From: Formosa sp. | GTDB lineage: Bacteria > Bacteroidota > Bacteroidia > Flavobacteriales > Flavobacteriaceae | Assembly: GCA_002684355.1 (NCBI GenBank) | Contig: NYVA01000029.1 | Location: 75,244 to 139,243, forward strand | Reading direction: 5' to 3' | DNA: 64,000 bases | Part shown: one piece after another, positions 28,367 through 38,200 of the stretch | Layout: the number at the start of each line of letters is the position of its first letter | Position numbering within the stretch: position 1 is the stretch's first letter | Translations under genes and position numbers: made by a program | The notes under the pieces: generated by a model | Database searches by the model: none | Seen by the model: the letters and a program-made list of their open reading frames with translations, nothing else | What the model was told of the DNA's origin: nothing

Positions 28367-30112
28367 CTACCTACGGCGGTTTCTTCTTGGTCGAGAGTGG
28401 CCTGAACCTTTTTTGAAATCAGAACTTCTTTGCTTTCGTCCTTTGCTAAAATTTCCACGTGACTTTTGACTGTCGTTTCTTCTTTTTCCTTTACGTCTTT
28501 GACGACTTCGGTCTTGTTTCTCCGTGATTTCAACATTTATGTAGCGGCCATTTTGTTTAAAGTCACTAAAAAACTCTAGCACTTTTGGCATATGAACAGT
28601 TTCTGTGTTAAAAAATGAAAAACTATCCTTCACATCTACTTTAAAAACAGCATCTTGTCCAAGTTCCAGACTGTCTCTAAGAAAGTCTTTTAGCCGCATC
28701 CAATCGTAACCGTCTTTTTTGCCAATATTTATAAAAAATCTTGCAGAGTTATCAGTTTCATTTTTTTCTGAAAAGTTGTCATTTCCCTTCGGGGCGTTCA
28801 AATTTTTTGCTTTATCGTAATAATTGTAAAAGCGTGTAAATTCAACAGAAAAGAATTTTTTGATGAGGTCCTCTTTTGAAGCATTCTCAAACAACGCATT
28901 AATTTCTTCTAAATAGTTGTCAATTTTATGATTTATTTCTGTTTCGTGAATTTTGTGCGCCAATGCCTTGAGTTGGACTTCACATATTTCCATTCCTTGC
29001 GGAATTTCTTTTTTCACAAACTGTTTTTGAATCATTTTTTCAATTGACTTGATTTTGCGTTGCTCACTTTTGGTAATGATAACCATAGATAAGCCTGTCT
29101 TTCCTGCACGTCCTGTTCGGCCACTGCGGTGAGTGTAAGTCTCAATTTCGTCCGGCAATTGGTAGTTAATGACGTGAGTGATATCGTCGACATCAATACC
29201 ACGAGCAGCCACATCTGTAGCGACTAACATTTGAATTTGTTTATTTCGGAAAGATTTCATAACCAAGTCACGTTGATTTTGACTTAAATCACCATGCAAT
29301 GCCCCTGCATTGTACCCATCTTCAATAAGTTTTTCAGCCACTTTTTGGGTGTCTCTTTTTGTTCTACAAAAAATAACAGCAAATATATTTGGGTTGGCGT
29401 CTGCCAAACGTTTTAGAGCAGGATAACGGTCTCTTGAACCTACCAAATAGAATTCATGTGAAACATTTTTACTGCCAATGTTTTTGTGTCCTACTGTGAT
29501 TTCCGTTGGATTGGACATGAATTTTTTAGCGATTATTGAAACCTCTTTGGGCATGGTAGCAGAAAACAACCAAGTTGATTTTTCCTCTGGAGTATGCGAA
29601 AGAATGGATTTTATATCCTCAAAAAAGCCCATATTAAGCATTTCATCAGCTTCGTCTAATACGGCATAGTCAATTTTTGAAATATCAACCAAGCGCCTGT
29701 TGATCATATCCTTCATACGTCCAGGAGTCGCTACAATTATTTGCGCACCACGCTTAACGTTTTTTGCTTGATCTGTAATGCTAGCGCCACCGTAAATAGC
29801 CGTGACATTTAAACCTTTGCAGTATTTTCCATAGAGTTTTATCTCATTTGTTATTTGAAGACAAAGTTCTCTTGTTGGCGATAAAATTAAACCTTGGGTC
29901 GTTCGGCTCTCAATATTTATTTTTTGCAGCATTGGAAAGCCAAAGGCTGCAGTTTTACCTGTTCCTGTTTGCGCCAGTGCTACAAGATCACATTCTTTAG
30001 AGAGAAGGGTTGGTATTGTTTTTTCTTGAACTTCACTTGGTGTTTCAAAGCCAAGATCTGTGATGGCCTGAAGCAAGTGTGCTTCAAGGCCTAATGTTTG
30101 GAATACATTCAT
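28367..30112 (-). CDS. DEAD-box RNA helicase with DbpA RNA-binding domain (CsdA/DeaD-like)
   Basis: Q motif, AQTGTGKT, PTREL, DEAD, SAT, HRSGRTGRAG, basic C-tail. Confidence 0.93.
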   Translation of the reverse strand: MNVFQTLGLEAHLLQAITDLGFETPSEVQEKTIPTLLSKECDLVALAQTGTGKTAAFGFPMLQKINIESRTTQGLILSPTRELCLQITNEIKLYGKYCKGLNVTAIYGGASITDQAKNVKRGAQIIVATPGRMKDMINRRLVDISKIDYAVLDEADEMLNMGFFEDIKSILSHTPEEKSTWLFSATMPKEVSIIAKKFMSNPTEITVGHKNIGSKNVSHEFYLVGSRDRYPALKRLADANPNIFAVIFCRTKRDTQKVAEKLIEDGYNAGALHGDLSQNQRDLVMKSFRNKQIQMLVATDVAARGIDVDDITHVINYQLPDEIETYTHRSGRTGRAGKTGLSMVIITKSEQRKIKSIEKMIQKQFVKKEIPQGMEICEVQLKALAHKIHETEINHKIDNYLEEINALFENASKEDLIKKFFSVEFTRFYNYYDKAKNLNAPKGNDNFSEKNETDNSARFFINIGKKDGYDWMRLKDFLRDSLELGQDAVFKVDVKDSFSFFNTETVHMPKVLEFFSDFKQNGRYINVEITEKQDRSRQRRKGKRRNDSQKSRGNFSKGRKQRSSDFKKGSGHSRPRRNRRR

Positions 30113-30223
30113 TAGTATGTTTATTTCGATATGCGTTTGTCGTGTTGCCTCAGAAGCGTATCGAATTTTATACCTAATGCTCCTTACATCACATCCTCAC
30201 CCTGAGGATTTGCGGCAAAGGTA
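30113..30223 (-). promoter_or_regulatory. -7 box TACCTTTG (30216-30223) and about 100-nt structured 5' leader of the helicase
   Basis: Hairpins ATCCTCA-ggg-TGAGGAT and TTCGATA...TATCGAA lie between promoter and ATG. Confidence 0.5.
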
Positions 30224-30239
30224 CATTAATTAATTTTGT

Positions 30240-30815
30240 TTAAGCTTCAAAGAAATCAATTAACTGAGCAACAGCCTGGCCTCTGTGTCCAATCTTGTTT
30301 TTTTCATATAAAGCCAATTGCGCGAAAGTTTTTGAATGCCCTAAAGGTTTGAAAATTGGATCGTAACCAAAGCCTCCGGAACCCATAACATTTTCTGTAA
30401 TTTCTCCTTTGCAAATCCCTTCAAAAGTTATTAATTTCCCCCTAAAATGCAATGCAATGACCGTTTTAAATTGTGCTTTTCGGTTGGCTTTATCTTTTAA
30501 TTTATAAAGTAATTTTTGGATGTTATCATCCGCATTTTTTTCAGGACCGGCATAACGTGCTGAGTAGACTCCAGGTTCCCCATTTAAAATTTCAACTTCT
30601 AAGCCAGTATCGTCAGCAAAGCAATCTAAATTGTATTTTTTCTTGATATAATTGACTTTTTGAATGGCATTACCCTCAATGGTATTTTGAGTTTCAGGAA
30701 TTTCTTCGTTACATCCAATGTCTTTTAAGCTAATGAGTTTAATCCCTTTGGGAAGTTGTTCTTGAACTTCATGAAGTTTATTGGGATTATTAGTTGCAAA
30801 AACGATTTCAATCAT
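30240..30815 (-). CDS. rdgB: Non-canonical purine NTP pyrophosphatase (RdgB/HAM1)
   Basis: FATNNPNK, ADDTGL, PGVYSARYAG, GFGYDPIF, HRG. Confidence 0.93.
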   Translation of the reverse strand: MIEIVFATNNPNKLHEVQEQLPKGIKLISLKDIGCNEEIPETQNTIEGNAIQKVNYIKKKYNLDCFADDTGLEVEILNGEPGVYSARYAGPEKNADDNIQKLLYKLKDKANRKAQFKTVIALHFRGKLITFEGICKGEITENVMGSGGFGYDPIFKPLGHSKTFAQLALYEKNKIGHRGQAVAQLIDFFEA

Positions 30816-30823
30816 GGCCTCTT

Positions 30824-31297
30824 TTATTGGTGGTGATAGGGTTCGTTTTTTAAGATACTCATACCTCTGTACAATTGCTCTACAACAAATAAACGAATCA
30901 TTTGATGGGAAAAAGTCATTTTTGAAAACGAAATTTTACCATGAGCACTTTTATATACTGCTTCTGAAAAACCATAAGGTCCGCCAATCGCAATCACCAT
31001 TTGTTTTAATCCAGAGTTCATTTGTTTTTGTAAAAACATTGAAAATTCAATAGAATCATAATCTTTTCCTTTTTCGTCTAATAAAAAGAATCGATCTGAA
31101 GTGTTTATTTTATTCAAAATCAGTTGCCCTTCTTTTTCTTTTTGTAGACTTATGCTAAGATTTTTGGTATTTTTTAAGTCGGGAATGATTTCCATCGAAA
31201 ACGGAATGTAATGCCGAAGTCTGGATTCGTATTTTTGAATCAATTCTTTCAGCGCTTTTGCGTCTGTTTTCCCTAGTACCAATACTTTGATTTTCAC
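30824..31297 (-). CDS. rlmH: 23S rRNA pseudouridine-1915 N3-methyltransferase
   Basis: LLDEKGK, IGGPYGFS, MTFSHQMIRL, EQLYR, PYHH. Confidence 0.95.
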   Translation of the reverse strand: MKIKVLVLGKTDAKALKELIQKYESRLRHYIPFSMEIIPDLKNTKNLSISLQKEKEGQLILNKINTSDRFFLLDEKGKDYDSIEFSMFLQKQMNSGLKQMVIAIGGPYGFSEAVYKSAHGKISFSKMTFSHQMIRLFVVEQLYRGMSILKNEPYHHQ

Positions 31298-31379
31298 ATG
31301 GCAAAGTTAATCATAAAATAGATTTTATTCTTATATTTATAAGCATTCAAATTATTACATTCGCATTAAACTAAATCCT

Positions 31380-32240
31380 ATGATCAGTTCATTAGCTTTT
31401 AAAAATGAAATAGAACGTATTATAGCCAATGCCATTCGCGAAGATGTAGGGGAGGGCGATCACAGTTCTCTTGCGTGTATTCCAGAAAACACCTTTGGTA
31501 AAGCCCGACTTATTGTAAAGGACAATGGAATTTTAGCTGGAGTAACATTCGCCAAAAGTGTGTTTAAATATGTTGACCCGAAGCTAAAGGTAAAGATTCT
31601 GATCAAGGATGGAACTGCTGTTAAATTTGGGGATATTGCTTTTGAAGTAATGGGTTCACAGCAATCTATTTTAAAAGCTGAGCGTTTGGTACTCAACGCC
31701 ATGCAACGAATGAGTGCAATTGCTACAAAGACAAGTGCATATGTTGATTTACTAAAGGGCACAAAAACAAGAATTTTAGACACCCGCAAAACAACCCCTG
31801 GCATAAGAGTTTTGGAAAAATGGGCGGTGTCTATTGGTGGGGGTGTCAACCATCGATTTGCCTTGTATGACATGATCATGCTCAAGGACAATCATATCGA
31901 TTTTGCAGGCGGAGTTACTGAGGCATTAGAAAAAACAATGCTTTATCTTAGGAAACACGATTTGTCCCTAAAAATTATTGTTGAAGCACGTGATTTGGAC
32001 GAAATACAAGCAATTTTAGACCACGGGGGTGCCGATCGTATTTTAATTGATAATTTCGGGATACAAGACACCAAAAAAGCGGTTTCTTTAATTGGAGACC
32101 AGTGCCATACAGAATCTTCTGGTGGCATTAATGAGGTTACTTTACGACATTATGCCGAATGTGGTGTTGATTATATTTCATCAGGTGCATTGACACACTC
32201 AGTTCACAACTTAGATTTAAGTTTAAAAGCCTTTAAATGA
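31380..32240 (+). CDS. nadC: Nicotinate-nucleotide pyrophosphorylase (carboxylating)
   Basis: DTRKTTPG, HRFALYD, LKDNH, ESSGGI, SSGALTHS. Confidence 0.95.
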   Translation: MISSLAFKNEIERIIANAIREDVGEGDHSSLACIPENTFGKARLIVKDNGILAGVTFAKSVFKYVDPKLKVKILIKDGTAVKFGDIAFEVMGSQQSILKAERLVLNAMQRMSAIATKTSAYVDLLKGTKTRILDTRKTTPGIRVLEKWAVSIGGGVNHRFALYDMIMLKDNHIDFAGGVTEALEKTMLYLRKHDLSLKIIVEARDLDEIQAILDHGGADRILIDNFGIQDTKKAVSLIGDQCHTESSGGINEVTLRHYAECGVDYISSGALTHSVHNLDLSLKAFK

Positions 32241-33172
32241 GTCAAAATATTGAAAATCAATTGAATAAAATTCCTTTGGTCAAATGGGTGGTTCGACTGT
32301 TTAAATCCATTCAGCTTCCAGGACTTGAGGGCTTGTCTTTATACGATTTGTTTGAAATGTATATTTTAGGAATTATTAATGGTGCACTTAGTATACGAGC
32401 CAGTGCGGTAGCCTACAGTTTCTTTATGGCTATTTTCCCCTTTTTATTGTTTATTATTATTCTTATCCCGTATATTCCAATAGAGAGCTTTCAATCTGAA
32501 TTTCTCAATTTTCTAGATGCGTCCTTGCCTCCAAACACTTCTGAATTTTTTAATCAAAATATTTTTGAAAACATCAATAAAAACAGTTCTGGCGGTTTGT
32601 TGTCTTCTGTTTTCATAGTTTCTATGTTGTTGATGTCTAACGGGGTTAATGCTGTTTTTTCTGGCTTTGAAAACTCATACCATCAAAAATTAAATCGAAA
32701 TTTCATCAATCAATATCTGCATGCTTTTGGCGTTTCCATCATTTTGGTTCTCATACTGATTTCAACCCTTGTTGGTGTTGGATTTTTAGAAATTTATATA
32801 GTGCACCCTATATACCAAAGTTTGAATATGACCGATTCAGTTTCTGAATTAGAATGGATAAATGCTTTAAAATTCTTATTTTTTATTTTGATGATTTATT
32901 TAGGTACTGCTGTTCTTTATTTTTTTGGTACAAAAGACGGTAGATTGTTTCGGTTTTTCTCTATCGGTGCTTTGTTGACTACTTTTTTGGTACTTTTGAA
33001 CTCCTATCTTTTTGGAATTTACATTGAGAATTTCTCAACTTATAATCAACTTTACGGATCTATTGGAGCCCTTTTAATCCTTCTTTTTTACTTCTGGCTC
33101 AATGCCATTATTTTATTGCTAGGGTTTGAATTGAATGCTTCTTTGCAACGCCTGAAAGACTCATGTCAGTAG
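32237..33172 (+). CDS. YihY/virulence factor BrkB family membrane protein
   Basis: RASAVAYSFFMAIFP, YNQLYGSIGALLI, LLLGFELN. Confidence 0.87.
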   Translation: MSQNIENQLNKIPLVKWVVRLFKSIQLPGLEGLSLYDLFEMYILGIINGALSIRASAVAYSFFMAIFPFLLFIIILIPYIPIESFQSEFLNFLDASLPPNTSEFFNQNIFENINKNSSGGLLSSVFIVSMLLMSNGVNAVFSGFENSYHQKLNRNFINQYLHAFGVSIILVLILISTLVGVGFLEIYIVHPIYQSLNMTDSVSELEWINALKFLFFILMIYLGTAVLYFFGTKDGRLFRFFSIGALLTTFLVLLNSYLFGIYIENFSTYNQLYGSIGALLILLFYFWLNAIILLLGFELNASLQRLKDSCQ

Positions 33173-35628
33173 CACATCAATATTTTGTAGATGTGATTTT
33201 ACCGCTTCCGTTGGAACGCAACTTCACCTATGCGATTACCAAAGCCGAGTCAGAATTTATAAAACCCGGTTTCCGAGTTACGGTTCCTTTCGGCAAGAAT
33301 AAAATATACACAAGTATTGCATTAAAATTACACTGTAAAGCACCCATTGCTTATGAAGTGAAGTCCATTCACAGCATTTTAGACAATGCACCCATGGTAA
33401 ATGCTTTTCAATTTAAGTTATGGGATTGGATATCTAAGTATTATATGTGTAGCCTTGGAGAAGTTATGAGCGCAGCCATTCCAAGTGCGTTTCTTTTGCA
33501 AAGTGAAACATTGGTTGCGCTTGTTCCCAATGCAAATGTCAATACTATTCAACTAACTGATGATCAATATTTAATATTAGAGGCCTTAGAACAAGCATCA
33601 AGATTAAAAATAGAAGACATCCAAAATATTCTCAATAAAAAGAATATTTTTTCTGTTTTAACACCCTTGATGGAGGCTAAGATCTTAACAACATCTCAAA
33701 GTCTTAAAGAAAAATTTAAACCAAAATTAGAAAGATGCCTTCGAATTTCTAATTCTTACTCTGGCAATGATGCCTTGGCCAAACTTGAACAGGAATTTAA
33801 AAGAGCTAAAAAGTTAAGCGCCATTGTTTTGGGGTATTTTTCTTTGGTAAGTCAGAAAAGTCAAATTACCGTATCTGATTTAAAAACCCAGACTAATGCA
33901 ACCGCCTCTCAAATTAAAACTCTGATTGATAAAGGGGTTTTTGAAGCTTATTTTATTGAAGTCGATCGTATTAAATTTGATAATTCCAAAGACCAGCAAG
34001 ACATTGCTTTAAGTCCAGAGCAGTCAACCGCCTTTGATGCTATAAATCACAACTTAAAAGAGAAATCGGTTTGTCTTTTTCATGGCGTTACCTCATCTGG
34101 AAAAACGGAAATCTATATCAAAAAAATTGAAAGTATCTTGCGTCACGGGAAGCAAGCTTTATTTTTAGTGCCTGAAATTGCCCTGACTTCTCAATTGGTT
34201 TTTCGTCTCAAGCAATTTTTTGGATCTCAAGTCGTGGTTTACCACTCACGCTTCAGTCCCAATGAACGGGTAGAAATATGGCAGAAAGTGTTAAATAAAT
34301 CTGAGCAGGCAAGAGTGGTAATTGGTGCCCGCTCATCCTTGTTGCTTCCATTTTCTAATTTGGGATTGATTGTAGTTGACGAGGAACACGAACCTTCATA
34401 TAAACAATTTGATCCGTCGCCGCGCTACCATGCGCGAGACACTTCCATTGTGCTGGCAAAATTTTTTAATGCGAAAACAATTTTAGGATCTGCTACGCCA
34501 AGTATTGAGAGTTACTACAATGCTAACATTCATAAAAAATATGGCTATGTATCTCTAAATAAGCGTTATAACAATGTTATATTACCTGCTATTGAGTTGG
34601 TTGATTTAAAGGATAAATACAAGCGAAAACGAATGAAAGGTCATTTTAGTGACCGCTTAATTTCTGAAATCCAAGAGACTTTAGATTCAGGCTATCAAGT
34701 CATTTTATTTCAAAATAGACGTGGTTATGCGCCAGTAGTATCTTGTAATAGTTGTGGTCATGTTCCCCAATGTTCCAATTGTGATGTCAGTTTAACCTAT
34801 CACCAACATAGCAAACAATTGCGCTGTCATTATTGTAGCTATACCATCGCTGTTCAACCTATCTGTATGGCATGCGGAGGGGTTGATATAAACCATAAAG
34901 GTTTTGGAACTGAACAAATTCAAGAAGAGGCACAAGCTTTATTTCCAAGTGCCTCTATTGCGCGCATGGATTTTGATACGACTCGAGGAAAATATGGCTA
35001 TGATCAAATCATTCACCGTTTTGAGAAAAAAGACATTGATATTTTAGTCGGTACACAAATGCTTACCAAAGGTTTAGATTTTAGATTTGTGAAGCTGGTT
35101 GGTGTGCTCAACGCGGACCAATTGATTAATTTTCCTGATTTTAGATCTCATGAAAGAAGTTTTCAATTGCTGCAACAAGTTTCAGGCCGTGCTGGTAGGA
35201 GGGATGTTAGAGGCCAAGTATTGATTCAGTCTTTTAATCCAAATCACAATGTATTGCAACAGGTTTCGACAAATGATTACCACAAAATGTTTGAGGAACA
35301 AAACTACCAACGGCGTATATACAAATATCCGCCTTACTATAGACTTATAAAAATCACTTTAAAACACAAAGACTATAACCGTGTCAATGAAGGTGCTGAT
35401 TGGCTAAAAACAGTACTTTATCAGGTTTTTAAGGATCATGTTTTGGGACCTGAATTCCCACCCGTACCACGTATTAGAAATTTATATCACAAAAATATAC
35501 TGATTAAAATACCAAACGAGCAATCCTTAAAAAAGACAAAGTTAGTGATTAGTAAAATTAAAAATAGCTTTTTGAGTACAAAGGCATTTAGATCCTTGAG
35601 AGTTGTCCTAAATGTGGATAATTATTAA
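33163..35628 (+). CDS. priA: Replication restart helicase PriA
   Basis: GVTSSGKTE, LVPEIAL, DEEHE, four CxxC Zn motifs, GTQMLTKGLDF, QVSGRAGR. Confidence 0.95.
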   Translation: MSVAHQYFVDVILPLPLERNFTYAITKAESEFIKPGFRVTVPFGKNKIYTSIALKLHCKAPIAYEVKSIHSILDNAPMVNAFQFKLWDWISKYYMCSLGEVMSAAIPSAFLLQSETLVALVPNANVNTIQLTDDQYLILEALEQASRLKIEDIQNILNKKNIFSVLTPLMEAKILTTSQSLKEKFKPKLERCLRISNSYSGNDALAKLEQEFKRAKKLSAIVLGYFSLVSQKSQITVSDLKTQTNATASQIKTLIDKGVFEAYFIEVDRIKFDNSKDQQDIALSPEQSTAFDAINHNLKEKSVCLFHGVTSSGKTEIYIKKIESILRHGKQALFLVPEIALTSQLVFRLKQFFGSQVVVYHSRFSPNERVEIWQKVLNKSEQARVVIGARSSLLLPFSNLGLIVVDEEHEPSYKQFDPSPRYHARDTSIVLAKFFNAKTILGSATPSIESYYNANIHKKYGYVSLNKRYNNVILPAIELVDLKDKYKRKRMKGHFSDRLISEIQETLDSGYQVILFQNRRGYAPVVSCNSCGHVPQCSNCDVSLTYHQHSKQLRCHYCSYTIAVQPICMACGGVDINHKGFGTEQIQEEAQALFPSASIARMDFDTTRGKYGYDQIIHRFEKKDIDILVGTQMLTKGLDFRFVKLVGVLNADQLINFPDFRSHERSFQLLQQVSGRAGRRDVRGQVLIQSFNPNHNVLQQVSTNDYHKMFEEQNYQRRIYKYPPYYRLIKITLKHKDYNRVNEGADWLKTVLYQVFKDHVLGPEFPPVPRIRNLYHKNILIKIPNEQSLKKTKLVISKIKNSFLSTKAFRSLRVVLNVDNY

Positions 35629-35630
35629 AA

Positions 35631-36344
35631 TCAATTTGCTGCTTCAAGTGCTTTAGTAAGGTTATTTTTTTTGTTGCGACTTAAGGGGATTTGTGAGTTG
35701 TCAATTTCAACAAAACGACTGTTGTAGCGATCAATTTTTTTAAGGTTGATGATGTAGGACTTGTGAATTCTTAGAAATTTTCCTGCTGGCAAATCGTTCT
35801 CAAAAGCTTTCATTGTTGATAAGATTACATAGCTGCCGTTAGTTGTAATTAATTTTACATAGTCACCAAGTGCTTCTATCCATTTAATATCTTTAACAAA
35901 AACCTTTCTTTTCTTAAGGTTGCTCTTAACAAAAATATGCTGGTTTTCTTTTGGTTTCCTCACAGCATTAGTGGAAGCAAACAAGGCAAGTGTTTTATTT
36001 ATTGCTTTGTCAAACCGGTCAACGTCAAGTGGTTTTGATAAAAAGTCAGCAACACCATAGCTGTATGAAGTAAAAGCCGCTTCAGTTCGCTTCGAAATAA
36101 TAATGATCTTTGGGACTGATAATTTTGAAGCACTTAGAATATCTAGAAACTCAAAGCCTCCCATCTTAGGGATATCAATTTCTAAAAAAATTAGATCAAC
36201 ATCTGTATTGGATAAGAATTCTTTGGCTTCAATACAGGAGCTAAATTCTGCCAATAAATTGACAGCATCATGGTCATTGGCTTTTTTTACAGTGTCCATT
36301 CGCTGGAGCGCGTTGGAGTCTATTACAATTGAATTTAGAGTCAT
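35631..36344 (-). CDS. LytTR family response regulator with atypical receiver (start likely 36344)
   Basis: Receiver fold followed by WIEALGDYV, FLRIHKSYIIN, IPLSR LytTR motifs. Confidence 0.88.
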   Translation of the reverse strand: MTLNSIVIDSNALQRMDTVKKANDHDAVNLLAEFSSCIEAKEFLSNTDVDLIFLEIDIPKMGGFEFLDILSASKLSVPKIIIISKRTEAAFTSYSYGVADFLSKPLDVDRFDKAINKTLALFASTNAVRKPKENQHIFVKSNLKKRKVFVKDIKWIEALGDYVKLITTNGSYVILSTMKAFENDLPAGKFLRIHKSYIINLKKIDRYNSRFVEIDNSQIPLSRNKKNNLTKALEAAN

Positions 36345-36521
36345 GATAAATTGGTTAGAGGTTCTACAATTCAGAGACAATTCACAAAATTAACTAAAAA
36401 AATCGATTAAAACCAATTAAAGACGTTAAAATGCTTTATTTAGAGTTATTAAAAAGATGAAAATTGTGTTGTCAAAACCGCAATAATTACTTAAGTTTGC
36501 ACCCATTTTAAAATATAAATT

Positions 36522-36860
36522 ATGAATCATTACGAAACTGTTTTCATCTTAAATCCCGTTTTATCTGATGACCAGATAAAGGAAACAGTAAAGAAATACG
36601 AAGATTTTCTCGTTTCAAAAGGAGCTAAGATGGTATCAAAAGAGGATTGGGGGCTAAAGAAATTGGCTTATCCCATCCAAAATAAAAAAAGTGGATTTTA
36701 CCACCTTTTTGAATACACAGTCCCAGGAGAGGCCATTGGTCCTCTTGAGGTTGAATTTAGACGTGACGAACGTTTTATGCGTTACCTCACTGTTAAATTA
36801 GACAAGCACGCCATATCATGGGCAGAGCGCAGAAGAGATAAACTTAAAATCAAAGCGTAA
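36522..36860 (+). CDS. rpsF: 30S ribosomal protein S6
   Basis: [19 protein letters not shown]. Confidence 0.97.
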   Translation: MNHYETVFILNPVLSDDQIKETVKKYEDFLVSKGAKMVSKEDWGLKKLAYPIQNKKSGFYHLFEYTVPGEAIGPLEVEFRRDERFMRYLTVKLDKHAISWAERRRDKLKIKA

Positions 36861-36862
36861 TT

Positions 36863-37156
36863 ATGTCATTAGAACAACAAGCTAAAGGAAATAAAGGGGG
36901 GGAAATAAGATATTTAACTCCTTTGAATATCGAAACCAACAAAACAAAGAAATACTGTCGTTTTAAAAAATCAGGTATAAAATACATTGATTACAAAGAT
37001 CCGGACTTTCTCTTAAAATTTGTGAACGAACAAGGAAAACTACTTCCAAGACGCCTCACAGGAACGTCTTTAAAGTACCAAAGAAAAGTATCTGTTGCTG
37101 TAAAAAGAGCACGCCACTTGGCATTGATGCCTTATGTAGCGGATTTATTAAAATAA
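36863..37156 (+). CDS. rpsR: 30S ribosomal protein S18
   Basis: [28 protein letters not shown]. Confidence 0.97.
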   Translation: MSLEQQAKGNKGGEIRYLTPLNIETNKTKKYCRFKKSGIKYIDYKDPDFLLKFVNEQGKLLPRRLTGTSLKYQRKVSVAVKRARHLALMPYVADLLK

Positions 37157-37169
37157 AATAATCATAACG

Positions 37170-37622
37170 ATGGAACTAATATTAAAACAAGACGTTGAAG
37201 GATTGGGCTTTAAGAATGATGTTGTAACCGTTAAAAATGGTTATGGTAGAAATTTTTTAATTCCTAGTGGTCAGGCAGTGTTAGCAACAACTTCAGCAAA
37301 AAAAGTACGTGCTGAAAATTTAAAGCAACGCGCTTTCAAAGAAAAGAAAATCATTGAAGATGCTCAAAAAGTAGCTGAAAACATCAAGGATCTAGAGCTT
37401 AAAATCACGGCCAAAGTGGGCAGTGGCGACAAACTCTTCGGATCGGTTAACAATATTGATGTAGCGGCTGCACTAGACAAAGCAGGTCAAAGCATTGAAA
37501 AAAAGTTTATCACTGTTACAGGTGGTAATGTGAAACGATTAGGCAAATACAATGCTCAGATTCGATTGCATCGCGATGTGAATGTAGAATTGCCTTTTGA
37601 AATTATTGCTGAAAAAGCATAA
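37170..37622 (+). CDS. rplI: 50S ribosomal protein L9
   Basis: VTVKNGYGRNFLIP, KLFGSV. Confidence 0.97.
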   Translation: MELILKQDVEGLGFKNDVVTVKNGYGRNFLIPSGQAVLATTSAKKVRAENLKQRAFKEKKIIEDAQKVAENIKDLELKITAKVGSGDKLFGSVNNIDVAAALDKAGQSIEKKFITVTGGNVKRLGKYNAQIRLHRDVNVELPFEIIAEKA

Positions 37623-37646
37623 TCATCAAACTCAAATTTTTAGTTT

Positions 37647-37678
37647 AAAAGGCCTGTTTAATCGACAGGCCTTTTTTT
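37647..37678 (+). terminator. Rho-independent terminator after rplI
   Basis: AAAAGGCCTGT-ttaatcg-ACAGGCCTTTTTTT. Confidence 0.85.
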
Positions 37679-37690
37679 AAGTTTAAAAAC

Positions 37691-38161
37691 ATGAAGTATA
37701 GACGACTTAGCAAAGAACAATTTGAAGAATTGCACAAAGAATTTATTAATTTTTTGGCGACACAATCTATTACTGCAGCAGAATGGGAAGTACTAAAGTC
37801 TCAGAAACCAGAAGTTGTTGAAGCTGAGATGGATATTTTCAGTGATTTAATATGGGAAGGTGTTTTGGATAAAGTTTTATTTTTAGAAAATATTGCACCT
37901 CAAAACATGTATTTATTTCATGTTAAAGAAAACTCTATCGCCTTGATTGGGCTAAAACTCAATATTAAAACTGTAGATTTAACTACAAAAGCCGGCTTCT
38001 CTTGGCTGCGTGAGAACTTGATGTCTGATACTGTAGAAATTTTTGATGCTGAAAAGCAAATTAAAGAGGATAAAAAGATACAGATTTTTGAATTGATAGA
38101 AAAGGGCGCGCAGATAACTAAGGGTGAATTGTTTAAGTATTTTGAGCAACTCATTGGTTAG
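37691..38161 (+). CDS. DUF6495 family protein
   Basis: MKYRRLSKEQFEELHKEFINFLATQSI...FSDLIWEGVL conserved Bacteroidota pattern. Confidence 0.75.
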   Translation: MKYRRLSKEQFEELHKEFINFLATQSITAAEWEVLKSQKPEVVEAEMDIFSDLIWEGVLDKVLFLENIAPQNMYLFHVKENSIALIGLKLNIKTVDLTTKAGFSWLRENLMSDTVEIFDAEKQIKEDKKIQIFELIEKGAQITKGELFKYFEQLIG

Positions 38162-38200
38162 CATCTTAAAAAATCAGATATTTGTTAATAAATAAGCGTT

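Noticed and set aside
28333-28536. 67-aa ORF overlapping the helicase C-terminus
   Set aside because: Alternative frame of the low-complexity basic tail; no independent signals
31460-31891. 143-aa antisense ORF in nadC, and similar shadows in hisS, carB, the ABC exporter and pgm
   Set aside because: Antisense shadows of conserved genes with no family motifs
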